64,000 bases of DNA from Candidatus Sumerlaeia bacterium (GTDB taxonomy: Bacteria; Sumerlaeota; Sumerlaeia; SLMS01): the NCBI GenBank assembly GCA_038208905.1, contig JBBQYG010000001.1:21727-85726 (forward strand), written 5' to 3'. A program made the position numbers and the translations under genes. This document shows positions 9,809-18,759 of this stretch, in pieces (position 1 is the first letter of the stretch; every line of letters begins with the position of its first letter). Below the pieces are notes generated by a model, which saw only the letters and a list, made by a program, of their open reading frames with translations, had not been told where the DNA came from and ran no database searches.

Positions 9809-10714
9809 CTACTCCTCCAACCCCCTCAACTTCTCATACAACTCCCGCTGCTCCGCCGTCGGGCTTACCGGAACTGTGATCATCACCTGCACCAGCAGGT
9901 CTCCCCCGCCGAGGCCCTTGCCGCGGATTCGGAGCCGCTTGCCGGAGGAGCTGCCGGGGGGGATCGTCATGGTGATGTTGCCATCGGGCGTGGCGACGGG
10001 CGCCTTGCCGCCGAGGGCGGCGGTGGCGGGCGAGACGCGCGTCTCCACCACCAGGTTGCCTTCCTCCAGGCGATAGGTGTCGTCGGGGGCGTAGCGGATC
10101 TTCAGGTGGATGTCGGAGCCGTCAGGCCCTTGGCCGGCGAGGCGGATTTTCTTTCCCTCGGCGATTCCCTTGGGAATGCGCACGTCGAAGGTTCTGGTGC
10201 CGACCCCGGGAATGGAGAGCGAGAGGTGCTCGACGCCGCCGTGAACGATGCGCGAAATCGGGACCGCCAAATCCACTTCGCTGACCGGCGCGGCCTCCTG
10301 GGGGAAGCCGCCGGGAAACCCGCCGCCGGCGCCGCGGAAATCAGCGCGCGGTCCGCCTGGGCCGCCGCGCGCGCCGCCGAAGAACTGCTCGAAGAAATCG
10401 CTGAAGCCGCCAAAGTTGCCGGCCCCGGCGCCACCTCCGCCCGCGTTGCCCTGCCAGCCGGGCGGCGGACGGAACTCCTGACCCGTCTTCCAGTCGGCAC
10501 CCAGCGTGTCGTACTTCTTCCGCTTCTCGGGATCCTTGAGAACCTCGTAGGCCTCGTTGATGGACTTGAACTTCTCCTCGGCCTTGGGGTCCGTCTTGTT
10601 GGTGTCGGGATGCCACTTGCGCGCGAGCTGTCTATACGCGCGGCGAATCTCCTCCGCGGTGGCGCCGCGGGAGATTCCAAGTGTCTCGTAGTAGTCCTTG
10701 AATTTAACGCTCAT
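9809..10714 (-). CDS. cbpA: DnaJ class-B chaperone (CbpA-like)
   Basis: J-domain 'KDYYETLG...HPD...[10 protein letters not shown]', G/F-rich linker and DnaJ_C. No zinc finger. Confidence 0.88.
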   Translation of the reverse strand: MSVKFKDYYETLGISRGATAEEIRRAYRQLARKWHPDTNKTDPKAEEKFKSINEAYEVLKDPEKRKKYDTLGADWKTGQEFRPPPGWQGNAGGGGAGAGNFGGFSDFFEQFFGGARGGPGGPRADFRGAGGGFPGGFPQEAAPVSEVDLAVPISRIVHGGVEHLSLSIPGVGTRTFDVRIPKGIAEGKKIRLAGQGPDGSDIHLKIRYAPDDTYRLEEGNLVVETRVSPATAALGGKAPVATPDGNITMTIPPGSSSGKRLRIRGKGLGGGDLLVQVMITVPVSPTAEQRELYEKLRGLEE

Positions 10715-10958
10715 GGGAGTGCCTCAAGGCCTTCGATCAGCGTCTCGATGAAACCGCTATTCACGGGATCGCATTCCCGCCAGAACGCGCGGATCCTTCA
10801 ACTGGTCTTCCATGCCAAGCTCCCGAACTGCTTCGTAGGAGAGCCGATCCAGCTCGCGAGAGGCCCTGATCGAGGAGCGGGCGGCAAACTTCTGCCCACG
10901 CGGCGTCCTTCAGTTCCCAGGTGAAGAGCTGGGCCTCGGATTCCTTCACTTCGCTCAT
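10711..10958 (-). pseudogene. Small (~81 aa) hypothetical gene broken by two +1 frameshifts
   Basis: Three consecutive frames give MSEVKESEAQLFTWELKDAAWAEVCRPLLDQGL / ELDRLSYEAVRELGMEDQL / [27 protein letters not shown]. The final TGA overlaps the cbpA ATG. GGAGG RBS upstream. Confidence 0.55.
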
Positions 10959-11017
10959 GGCTTCAAAACCTCCAGTACGATCATGAACGCCAATGGGTTC
11001 TTCTTCGCGACTTCCCC

Positions 11018-11527
11018 CTACTCCGACTTCGGCGCGCCGGTGCTGATGATCACCTGCGCCGCACGGAGGAGGCCCACTTCGTCCTGGAATCCGGGCCGCG
11101 ATTCCTCGCAGACGATGCCCTCGGGATACGTCGCGCTGGGGAGGTTCGCGATGGCCTCGTGGACCGCCGGGTCGAAGGGCTTGCCGCGCGTGGGGACTTT
11201 CTTGACGCCGAGCTGCTCGAAGCCGGTGAGCAACTGGCGCTGCACGGCTTCCATGCCTTGGCGCGCGGCGCTGTCGGCGGGGACGGTGAGGAGGCCCATC
11301 GCGAGAGAGTCGATGGCGGGGAGGAGGCGTTCGATGGCCTCGCGGCGCCCCTTCTGCTGGGCCAGGCCCATCTCCTTGTTCGTCCGGCGGCGGTAGTTAT
11401 CGAAGTCGGCCCGCAGCAGGAGCAGCGGATCGGCTTGGGGCTTCTCCGCCGGAGACTCCTCAAACTCCTCGAGGATGATCTCTTCCTGATTCTGGTTGTC
11501 GTCCATTGGTTCCTGATCCGTGCTCAT
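11018..11527 (-). CDS. grpE: Nucleotide exchange factor GrpE
   Basis: 'LRADFDNYRRRT', 'LLPAIDSL', 'FDPAVHEA' and 'LLRAAQV'. GGAGG RBS. Confidence 0.93.
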   Translation of the reverse strand: MSTDQEPMDDNQNQEEIILEEFEESPAEKPQADPLLLLRADFDNYRRRTNKEMGLAQQKGRREAIERLLPAIDSLAMGLLTVPADSAARQGMEAVQRQLLTGFEQLGVKKVPTRGKPFDPAVHEAIANLPSATYPEGIVCEESRPGFQDEVGLLRAAQVIISTGAPKSE

Positions 11528-11670
11528 GGTGGCGGCTGTCCTCCCGTCGGGGGGTCTTTTGAAGAGCTGGCTTGCAAGTCCTGAACCGGCTTTGAGGGCT
11601 TTGAATACTGAATTTATGCGATTCATGAGGGCCCGAATGTGTCGCCATGCACCACCCGGCGCACGGTGCG

Positions 11671-12369
11671 TCAGGGGGCGGCGCTTTCGTCGCGGTTGCT
11701 GGCTTCATAGTCCTCGGGCCGGCCCAGATCGAGCCAGTGGCCCGCGTGGGGGTGGGCGTGGATTGGCTCCCCGGTGGCCAGCATCGCGAGCACCAGTTGG
11801 TCGAACCCGAATGGCTGCCCCCGCGGCACAAAATCGAGGCACCGGCGGTTCAGGATGTAGATGCCCATGCTGACCTCGTAGGGGATTGTGGGCTTCTCCA
11901 CGAAATCGGTGACGCGGTTCTCCTCATTGCGGCGGAGCACGCCGAAGTCGATCTGCACCTTGCGTGCGTGGGTGGCGATGGTGAGGGCGCGGCGGTGCAG
12001 GAGGTGGTCCTCCCACAGCGCGCGCAAATCGAGGTCCGTCAGCACGTCGCCGTTCATCACCAGGAAGTCCTCGCCCAAGCCATCGATGAAGGCGAGCGGC
12101 CCGATGGTGCCCAGTGGCTCGTCCTCGATGGCGTAGTCCAGCTTGAGGCCATACTTGGCGCCGTCGCCGAAGAATGCCATGATGAGTTCCGCCAGATGCC
12201 CCACGGAAATCGTGACGTCGCGAAAGCCCGCCTTGCCCAGACTCTCCAACACGCGGTGAAGGATGGGCCGGTCGCCCACGGGGAGCAGTGGCTTGGGGAG
12301 GATGGTGGTATAGGGGAGCAGGCGGCGCCCCTTTCCGCCGGCGAGCACCACCGCGCGCGGGCCGCTCAT
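11671..12369 (-). CDS. Sugar-phosphate nucleotidyltransferase
   Basis: 'VLAGGKGRRLLPYT..LPKPLLPVG', 'EPLGTIG' and 'NGDVLTD'. ATGA-type overlap with the upstream gene. Confidence 0.9.
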   Translation of the reverse strand: MSGPRAVVLAGGKGRRLLPYTTILPKPLLPVGDRPILHRVLESLGKAGFRDVTISVGHLAELIMAFFGDGAKYGLKLDYAIEDEPLGTIGPLAFIDGLGEDFLVMNGDVLTDLDLRALWEDHLLHRRALTIATHARKVQIDFGVLRRNEENRVTDFVEKPTIPYEVSMGIYILNRRCLDFVPRGQPFGFDQLVLAMLATGEPIHAHPHAGHWLDLGRPEDYEASNRDESAAP

Positions 12370-13403
12370 CGGGCGTACTCCGAAACGCGGATCGTCGCAA
12401 GGCGCGGCTCCATCCACTTCGCCGTCGCCTTGATCCCATCGTGCAGGTTGGTCTCGGGCTTCCAGCCGATCTCGCGCTTGATGCGGCGGTTGTCGCTGAC
12501 GAGGAGGCGCACCTCGCTGGCGGCGGGGCGCGCGCGGGAATCGTCGGCCTCGATGGGCTTCTTCACGTCGAGCACATCCAGAATCACCTGGGCCAGGCTT
12601 CCCACGCTGATGCCGCGCCCCACGCCAAGGTTGTAGGTGACTCCGATGACCTTCTCAGCGGGCGCCTCCGCAATCATGCGAAATGCCCGGGCCGTGTCGT
12701 GGACATAGGTCAAATCCCGTACTGGATCGAGCGAGCCGAGGCGAATCGCGGGGACATCCTTCGACAATGCCTGGGCGATGATCGTCGGGATCACGGCGCG
12801 CAGCGACTGGCGCGGGCCGAATGTGTTGAAGGGCCGCACGATGGTGACGGGGGTAGCGAAGGAAAGAAAGTAGGACTCCGCCAGTTTATCGGCGGCGATC
12901 TTGGACGCGGAGTAGGGCGACTGCGCCTGAAGCGGATGGGTTTCGTCCATCGGCGTGGTCAAGGCGCTACCATAGACCTCGCTGGTGGAGGTGTGCAGCA
13001 GCCGTGGCACCCCGGCGTCGCGGCAGCCCTCCAGCACGTTCAGCGTTCCGACGATGTTGGTGTTCACATAAGATTGTGGCGCGGCGTAGGAGTAGGGAAT
13101 TCCGATGAGCGCGGCAAGGTGGAACACCGCGTCGGCGCCGCGAACCAGGTCGCGCACGCAGCGCGCGTCGCACACATCGCCCGCAACGATTTCGAGCCGC
13201 TGGCGCGCCTCGGCGGCGAGGCCCGCAACGACCTCCTCCAGATGCCCCCGCGTGGCGGCAGCATTGTAGTGGACGAGCGCGCGGACTCGGTAGCCCGCCG
13301 CCAGAAGGTCCTCCACCAAGTGGCTTCCAATGAAGCCCCCCGCGCCGGTGACGGCGGCGATTCGCTGGCGGGGGGATGTGGCGGGGGACTCGGTTTCACT
13401 CAT
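12366..13403 (-). CDS. NAD-dependent NDP-sugar 4,6-dehydratase/epimerase (LegB-like extended SDR)
   Basis: 'VTGAGGFIGSHL', 'HLAALIGIPYSY', 'STSEVYG', 'YSASK' and 'RPFNTFGPRQS'. Confidence 0.9.
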   Translation of the reverse strand: MSETESPATSPRQRIAAVTGAGGFIGSHLVEDLLAAGYRVRALVHYNAAATRGHLEEVVAGLAAEARQRLEIVAGDVCDARCVRDLVRGADAVFHLAALIGIPYSYAAPQSYVNTNIVGTLNVLEGCRDAGVPRLLHTSTSEVYGSALTTPMDETHPLQAQSPYSASKIAADKLAESYFLSFATPVTIVRPFNTFGPRQSLRAVIPTIIAQALSKDVPAIRLGSLDPVRDLTYVHDTARAFRMIAEAPAEKVIGVTYNLGVGRGISVGSLAQVILDVLDVKKPIEADDSRARPAASEVRLLVSDNRRIKREIGWKPETNLHDGIKATAKWMEPRLATIRVSEYAR

Positions 13404-13506
13404 CGCGATCTTGTCGTCCGTGCCTGAATGCGGGGCGTCCCCGGGTGGCCATCGAAGCGATGGCATCCCGGGGACGCAAGCGAACCGTGGAGCTGGTCGA
13501 AACCGA

Positions 13507-15015
13507 CTACGAGTTCATGGCCTCGAGGAAGTCCTTGTTGCTGGTGGTCTTCTTCATGCGTTCGAGGAGGAAGTCCATCGCTTCGATGACGTTGAGTTCG
13601 TTGAGGATCTTGCGGAGAAGCCACACGCGCTGAAGCTCGGTGGGGCTGAGGAGCAGCTCCTCCTTGCGCGTGACAGAGATCATGATGTCGATGGCGGGAT
13701 AGATACGGCGGTCGGCCAGCTTGCGGTCCAGCTTAACCTCGCTGTTGCCGGTGCCCTTGAACTCCTCGAAGATCACGTCGTCCATCTTGGACCCGGTCTC
13801 GACGAGGGCGGTGGCGATGATGGTAAGGGAGCCGCCCTCCTCCACGTTGCGCGCGGCGCCGAAGAAGCGCTTGGGCTTGTGGAGGGCGTTGTCGTCGATA
13901 CCTCCGGAAATCTCGCGGCCCGAGGATGGGGCGATGGTATTGTAGGCGCGCGCCAAGCGGGTGATCGAGTCGAGCAGGATCACCACGTCGCGTCCGTGCT
14001 CGGTCAGGCGCTTGGCCTTCTCGATGACCATCTCGGCGACTTGGACGTGGCGGTCGGCGGGCTCGTCGAAGGTCGAGCTGATGACCTCGCCATTCACCGT
14101 GCGCTCCATGTCAGTCACTTCCTCGGGACGCTCGTCGATGAGGAGGACGATCAGGAACACTTCGGGGTGGTTGGTCGTGATGGCGTTGGCGATGTCCTGA
14201 AGCATCACCGTCTTGCCGGTGCGCGGCGGGGCGACGATCAGGGCGCGCTGGCCCTTGCCCAGCGGCGTCAGCAAGTCCATGACGCGGGTGGTCAGCTTGC
14301 CGCGAAGCGTCTCAAGACGGAAACGCTCGTTGGGATACAGCGGCGTCAGATTGTCGAAAAGGATCTTCTCCTTCGCCGTCTGCGGATCGACGTCGTTGAT
14401 CTTCTCCACCTTGAGGAGGGCGAAGTACTTTTCACCTTCCTTGGGTGGGCGGACGGTGCCCACGACGGTGTCGCCCTTGCGCAGGCCGAATCGGCGCACC
14501 TGGGACGGCGAGACGTAAATGTCATCCGGTCCCCACAGGTAGTTGTAGCTGGCTGAGCGAAGGAATCCAAAACCGCCATCGGGGAGGATTTCCAGTACGC
14601 CGTTGGCGCGCAGGCCGCCCTCGATGTTGGCGTTGTGGCGTAGTATCTGGAAAATGAGGTCCTGCTTGCGCATGCCCGCGGCGTTATCAACGCCGATTTC
14701 CTGAGCCATCTTGGCGAGTTCCGCCATCGACATGCGCTTGAGCTGGCCGAGATCGACGACGTGGCCGACATTGGGATTCAGGCTGCCACCATCGGCGGGC
14801 GCAAAGTCCTCCTCCTCGGGATCGTCCTCGAACTCGTCGTAGTAGTTCTCGTCGAGTCCCGGCGGCATCGGCTGGGAATTGGGGTTTCCCCCGTTGCCAC
14901 CTGGGCGCTTGCGCCGACGCGGGCGCGGCCCGTTGTGCCCCATTTGAGGCTGGGGGGCGGCGGCGGAATTGCCGGGCTGGGGTCCCTGTCCGGACGAGTT
15001 TTTTCTACGGCGCAT
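13507..15015 (-). CDS. rho: Transcription termination factor Rho with low-complexity N-terminal extension
   Basis: '[15 protein letters not shown]', '[12 protein letters not shown]', 'APPRTGKT', '[13 protein letters not shown]' and 'EEFKGTGN'. Confidence 0.97.
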   Translation of the reverse strand: MRRRKNSSGQGPQPGNSAAAPQPQMGHNGPRPRRRKRPGGNGGNPNSQPMPPGLDENYYDEFEDDPEEEDFAPADGGSLNPNVGHVVDLGQLKRMSMAELAKMAQEIGVDNAAGMRKQDLIFQILRHNANIEGGLRANGVLEILPDGGFGFLRSASYNYLWGPDDIYVSPSQVRRFGLRKGDTVVGTVRPPKEGEKYFALLKVEKINDVDPQTAKEKILFDNLTPLYPNERFRLETLRGKLTTRVMDLLTPLGKGQRALIVAPPRTGKTVMLQDIANAITTNHPEVFLIVLLIDERPEEVTDMERTVNGEVISSTFDEPADRHVQVAEMVIEKAKRLTEHGRDVVILLDSITRLARAYNTIAPSSGREISGGIDDNALHKPKRFFGAARNVEEGGSLTIIATALVETGSKMDDVIFEEFKGTGNSEVKLDRKLADRRIYPAIDIMISVTRKEELLLSPTELQRVWLLRKILNELNVIEAMDFLLERMKKTTSNKDFLEAMNS

Positions 15016-15159
15016 GAAGCTACTTCTCCTGTGGTTGGTTGCCGAGTGGTTGGTGGTTTGCTTGCAAAGTCATAAAGGGGGAGGGGGGCCCGGCTGGGCA
15101 GGCGGCGCCTCGAAAAGAGCGAGGCGCGCGGAGGCGGGGTGGTCTATCTCACAGAGTAA

Positions 15160-15801
15160 TCAAGATTCGGGCCCAAGATCGGCCCCCGTCGAAATACCAG
15201 CGGGGAATCCGCCGGGAAACAGATGGGCCAGCAGCACGGCCACCTTGGCCGCCGTCACCCGTCGCGAGCCCGAATTGTCGATCAGATGATCTGCCCGCGT
15301 GATCTTGTCGGCCTGACTCATCTGGGCCGAGAGGCGCCGCTGGGCCTCCTCCCGGTCGATCCCGCGATAGGACGCGAGGCGGCGAAAGCGCTCCTCGTCG
15401 TCGATCGTAACCACCAACGTCTGGTCGCATTCGGCGTCGAGCCCGGTCTCGAACAAGAGCGGGACATCGAGCACGACGAGCGGGTCGGCGCGGTAGGACT
15501 GGATCAATTCGAGTTCTCGTTCCCGGACAGTGGGGTGAATGAGGCTTTCGAGGAGTAGTCGCTTATCGGGGTCGGCAAAGACGATCTTTGCCAGTGCATG
15601 CCTGTCGAGCGAGCCATCAGGTAGCAGAACGCCGTCGCCAAACTGGCGGGCAATCGCGGAAAGAACGGGTTTTCCTGGCTGGACGATGTCGCGGGCGATG
15701 GTGTCGGCACAGACCACCTTGGCGCCGCACCGTGACATCAGCGACGATACAAACGTCTTCCCACTGCCTAGCGAGCCCGTCAAGCCGAGAATCAAGGGCA
15801 T
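15160..15801 (-). CDS. coaE: Dephospho-CoA kinase
   Basis: 'LGLTGSLGSGKT', 'LDRHALAKIVF', 'DVPLLFE' and 'RLSAQM'. Confidence 0.93.
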   Translation of the reverse strand: MPLILGLTGSLGSGKTFVSSLMSRCGAKVVCADTIARDIVQPGKPVLSAIARQFGDGVLLPDGSLDRHALAKIVFADPDKRLLLESLIHPTVRERELELIQSYRADPLVVLDVPLLFETGLDAECDQTLVVTIDDEERFRRLASYRGIDREEAQRRLSAQMSQADKITRADHLIDNSGSRRVTAAKVAVLLAHLFPGGFPAGISTGADLGPES

Positions 15802-15814
15802 GGGACTGCTCCAA

Positions 15815-15981
15815 GGGAAGGGACGAGCGGGAAAGACGGAAAAAGCGGGAAAGGGGGAGAAAAGATGAAAGGTCGATGCCATCCGACCGAGTTCGGTATC
15901 GACACGTCGTTCATAATCCCCGCCCTGCCTTTCGTCGCCGTTCCCGTATTTCCCGCCGTCCCCGCCTTTCCCGCCGTTCCC
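15815..15981. repeat. Intergenic palindromic element of inverted 9-bp tandem units with central hairpin
   Basis: Left gggacgagc-gggaaagac-ggaaaaagc-gggaaaggg. Right ccgttcccg-tatttcccg-ccgtccccg-cctttcccg-ccgttcccc. Centre gtcgatgcc (15872) pairs with ggtatcgac (15903). Confidence 0.75.
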
Positions 15982-18669
15982 CTAGCACCTAGCCCAATTC
16001 TCCCCCACCGACACATCCACCCGGATCGGGACATCAAGGGGGAGGGCGTTGGCCATCTCGTCACGGACGAGGATGGTGAGGCGGTCCACCTCGGGGAGGG
16101 GGGTGTCGAAGATGAGTTCGTCGTGGACTTGCAGGATCATGCGGGAGGCAAGCCCCTCGGCCTTGATTCGGGGGGCGATGCGCAACATGGCGGCCTTGAT
16201 CATGTCGGCGCTGGTCCCTTGGATCGGCGTGTTGACGGCGATGCGTTCGGCAAAGTTCCGCTGGTTGGCGTTGCGCGCGTTGATGTCTGAGACAAAGCGG
16301 CGGCGACCCAGCAGCGTGGTCACGTAGCCATCGCGGCGCGCGGCCTCCTTGGTTTCCTCGATGAAGCGGGCCACGCCGGAATAGATGCGGAAGTAATCGT
16401 CGATGAAGCGCTTGGCCTCGGCGCGGCTGATTCCCAGGTCCTTGGAAAGCCGGAAGTCCGACATGCCGTAGATGATCCCGAAGTTGATGGCCTTGGCCTG
16501 GCCGCGCATCGCGGAGCTGACCTCTGCCTCGGGGATTCCGAAGACCTTGGAGGCCGTGAGCGTATGCACGTCGCCGCCGGTGCGGAAGGCCTCGCGCAGG
16601 GCCTCGTCACCGCTCAGATGCGCGAGGATGCGGAGCTCGATCTGGGAATAGTCGGCGGAAACGAGAACCCATCCGTCGGCGCGCGGGAGAAAGCCCTCGC
16701 GGATGCGGCGCCCCGCCTCCGTGCGGATGGGGATGTTCTGCAAGTTTGGATTCGAGCTGGAGAGCCGGCCCGTGGCGGCGATGGTCTGGTTGAAGCTCGT
16801 GTGGAGGCGACCCGTCTGGGGATGCACCATGCCGGGTAGCGGTTCGAGGTACGTGTTGCGCAGCTTTTCCACCTGGCGAAATTCCAGCAACTTGCGCGGG
16901 AGTGGATGCTTGTCCTCCAGCTCCTCGAGCACGGAAACGTCGGTGGAGTAGGTGCCGGACTTCCCCTTTTTGCCGGTGGGGAGTTTCAGCTCGTCGAAGA
17001 GGATCGCGCCCACCTGCTTGGGGGAGTTGATGTTAAAGAAGCGCCCGGCAATGCGGTGGATTTCCTCCGCGTGGCGGGCGAGTTCCCTTTCCGCCTCCTT
17101 GGAGAGGCGCTGGAAGTGGTCGCGGTCGATGCGGACGCCTTCCATTTCCATCTCGGCGAGGATCGATTCGAGGGGGAGTTCGACCTCTCGATAGAGCCGG
17201 TCCATCCCTGCCTCGGCCACCTTGGGCGCAAGGTGGCGGCATAGCTGAAGCGTGGCGTCGGCATCCTGGCAGGCATATCGGCCCGAGTCCTCGATGGTGA
17301 CACCGGCCATCGTGACCATGTCGTCTCCGCCGCCGATGAGTTCGGAGATCTCGGTCATCTTGATGCCAAGAAGCGAGACGGCCATTTCCTTGAGGCGCAG
17401 GGAATTCGACCGGTCGGGCGCGAGCAGGAATCCCGCGATCATCGAGTCGCCCGCGATGACGCACGGCGGGAATCCGGCCCGGCCCAGAATCTTGCAGTCG
17501 TAGTTCCAATTGTGCGCGACCCAGCGGATCGCGGGGTCGGAAAGGAGGGGACCGAGCACCGCGCGCACGTCATCGAGCGCAAGCTGTGGCTCAGAACCGC
17601 CGTGGCCGACGGGGAGATACACGGCCTGATTCGTGGCCCACGAAATCGAGATGCCGACGAGGCTCGCCACGAGCGCGTCGAGGTCGGTGGTCTCGGTGTC
17701 GATGGAGGCCTCGCCCGCGGAGCGGATCGCGCTCGCGGCATCCTCCAGTTCCGCGCGCGTGCGCAGGACGCGGTAGTCAACGGTGCGCTCTTCGACGGTG
17801 GCGCCGCCGAGATCGGCGAGGAGCGATTGGAAGTTCATCTCGCGATAGAACTCGCGCAGCTCTGGCGTCGGCACGTAGGACCAGAGGAACGCATCCCAGT
17901 CGAAGGACGCGATGCAGTCTGTATCGAGCGTTGCCAGCTTTTCCGACAGGCGAACCGCTTCGGGCTGGGTGCGGAGGAACTCCGCCACCTTTGCGGGCTT
18001 CACCGCGTCGGCGTTGGCGATGATGGCCTCGATGGTGCCGTACTCGGCGAGGAGCTTGGCGGCGCCCTTCGCTCCGCAGCCTGGCACGCCGGGAATGTTA
18101 TCCGCCGTGTCGCCGACGATGCCGAGGTAGGCGGCGATTTGGTTGGGGCGAACGCCCATCTTCTCAAAGACGCCCTGCTCGTCCAGCAGTTCGGTCTTCT
18201 GAAGATGCTCTCGCAGGACCTTGATCCCCGGGCGGACGATCTGGAGAAGGTCCTTGTCGGAGGAGCAGACGAGGGCCTCTCCCCCGCTCTCCGCCGCGCG
18301 GAGCGCCAGTGCGGCCAGCGCGTCGTCGGCCTCGAAGCCATCGAGTGTGACCATCGGCACGCGCAGGATGCCGAGCAGTTCCTTCACGCGATGGTACTGA
18401 ATCTTGAGGTCGTCGGGCGTGGGGGGGCGGTGGGCCTTGTACTCGGCAAAGAGGTTGTCGCGAAAGGACTTGCCGGGGGCGTCGAACACGACGGCGACGT
18501 GCTGGAGGCCATGCTGCCGCTGGAGGCGGAAGAAGGTGGAGATGAACCCGTAGATGGCCGACGTTGGCTCCCCGCGCGCGTTGGTCAGCTGCTCGCGGAT
18601 CGCGTGGTAGGCCTTGTAGAGGTTCGAGTGACCATCGATGAGGACGAGGGTCTTTCCGGAGTTGCTCAT
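15982..18669 (-). CDS. polA: DNA polymerase I
   Basis: 5' nuclease 'LIDGHS...FEADD...DKDLLQ', 3'-5' exo 'IDTETT', and polymerase 'ADYSQIELRILAH', 'KAINFGIIYG', 'QVHDEL'. Confidence 0.98.
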   Translation of the reverse strand: MSNSGKTLVLIDGHSNLYKAYHAIREQLTNARGEPTSAIYGFISTFFRLQRQHGLQHVAVVFDAPGKSFRDNLFAEYKAHRPPTPDDLKIQYHRVKELLGILRVPMVTLDGFEADDALAALALRAAESGGEALVCSSDKDLLQIVRPGIKVLREHLQKTELLDEQGVFEKMGVRPNQIAAYLGIVGDTADNIPGVPGCGAKGAAKLLAEYGTIEAIIANADAVKPAKVAEFLRTQPEAVRLSEKLATLDTDCIASFDWDAFLWSYVPTPELREFYREMNFQSLLADLGGATVEERTVDYRVLRTRAELEDAASAIRSAGEASIDTETTDLDALVASLVGISISWATNQAVYLPVGHGGSEPQLALDDVRAVLGPLLSDPAIRWVAHNWNYDCKILGRAGFPPCVIAGDSMIAGFLLAPDRSNSLRLKEMAVSLLGIKMTEISELIGGGDDMVTMAGVTIEDSGRYACQDADATLQLCRHLAPKVAEAGMDRLYREVELPLESILAEMEMEGVRIDRDHFQRLSKEAERELARHAEEIHRIAGRFFNINSPKQVGAILFDELKLPTGKKGKSGTYSTDVSVLEELEDKHPLPRKLLEFRQVEKLRNTYLEPLPGMVHPQTGRLHTSFNQTIAATGRLSSSNPNLQNIPIRTEAGRRIREGFLPRADGWVLVSADYSQIELRILAHLSGDEALREAFRTGGDVHTLTASKVFGIPEAEVSSAMRGQAKAINFGIIYGMSDFRLSKDLGISRAEAKRFIDDYFRIYSGVARFIEETKEAARRDGYVTTLLGRRRFVSDINARNANQRNFAERIAVNTPIQGTSADMIKAAMLRIAPRIKAEGLASRMILQVHDELIFDTPLPEVDRLTILVRDEMANALPLDVPIRVDVSVGENWARC

Positions 18670-18702
18670 GGGGGCGGGCTGCCGTGCGCGGGGGAGGGAA
18701 TG

Positions 18703-18734
18703 AAACGCGCCCCGGGAAAAAGCCCCGGGGCGCG
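18703..18734 (-). terminator. Probable intrinsic terminator after the secretin gene
   Basis: 11-bp stem cgcgccccggg (18706-18716) with cccggggcgcg (18724-18734), followed by a short T run on the minus strand. Confidence 0.6.
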
Positions 18735-18759
18735 AAGGTGAGGCGGCTTGGCGGGGGTG

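Noticed and set aside
11585-11610. tcaaagcc direct repeat upstream of grpE as a CtsR, CIRCE or HAIR operator
   Set aside because: The 9-bp period and sequence do not match these consensus sites well.
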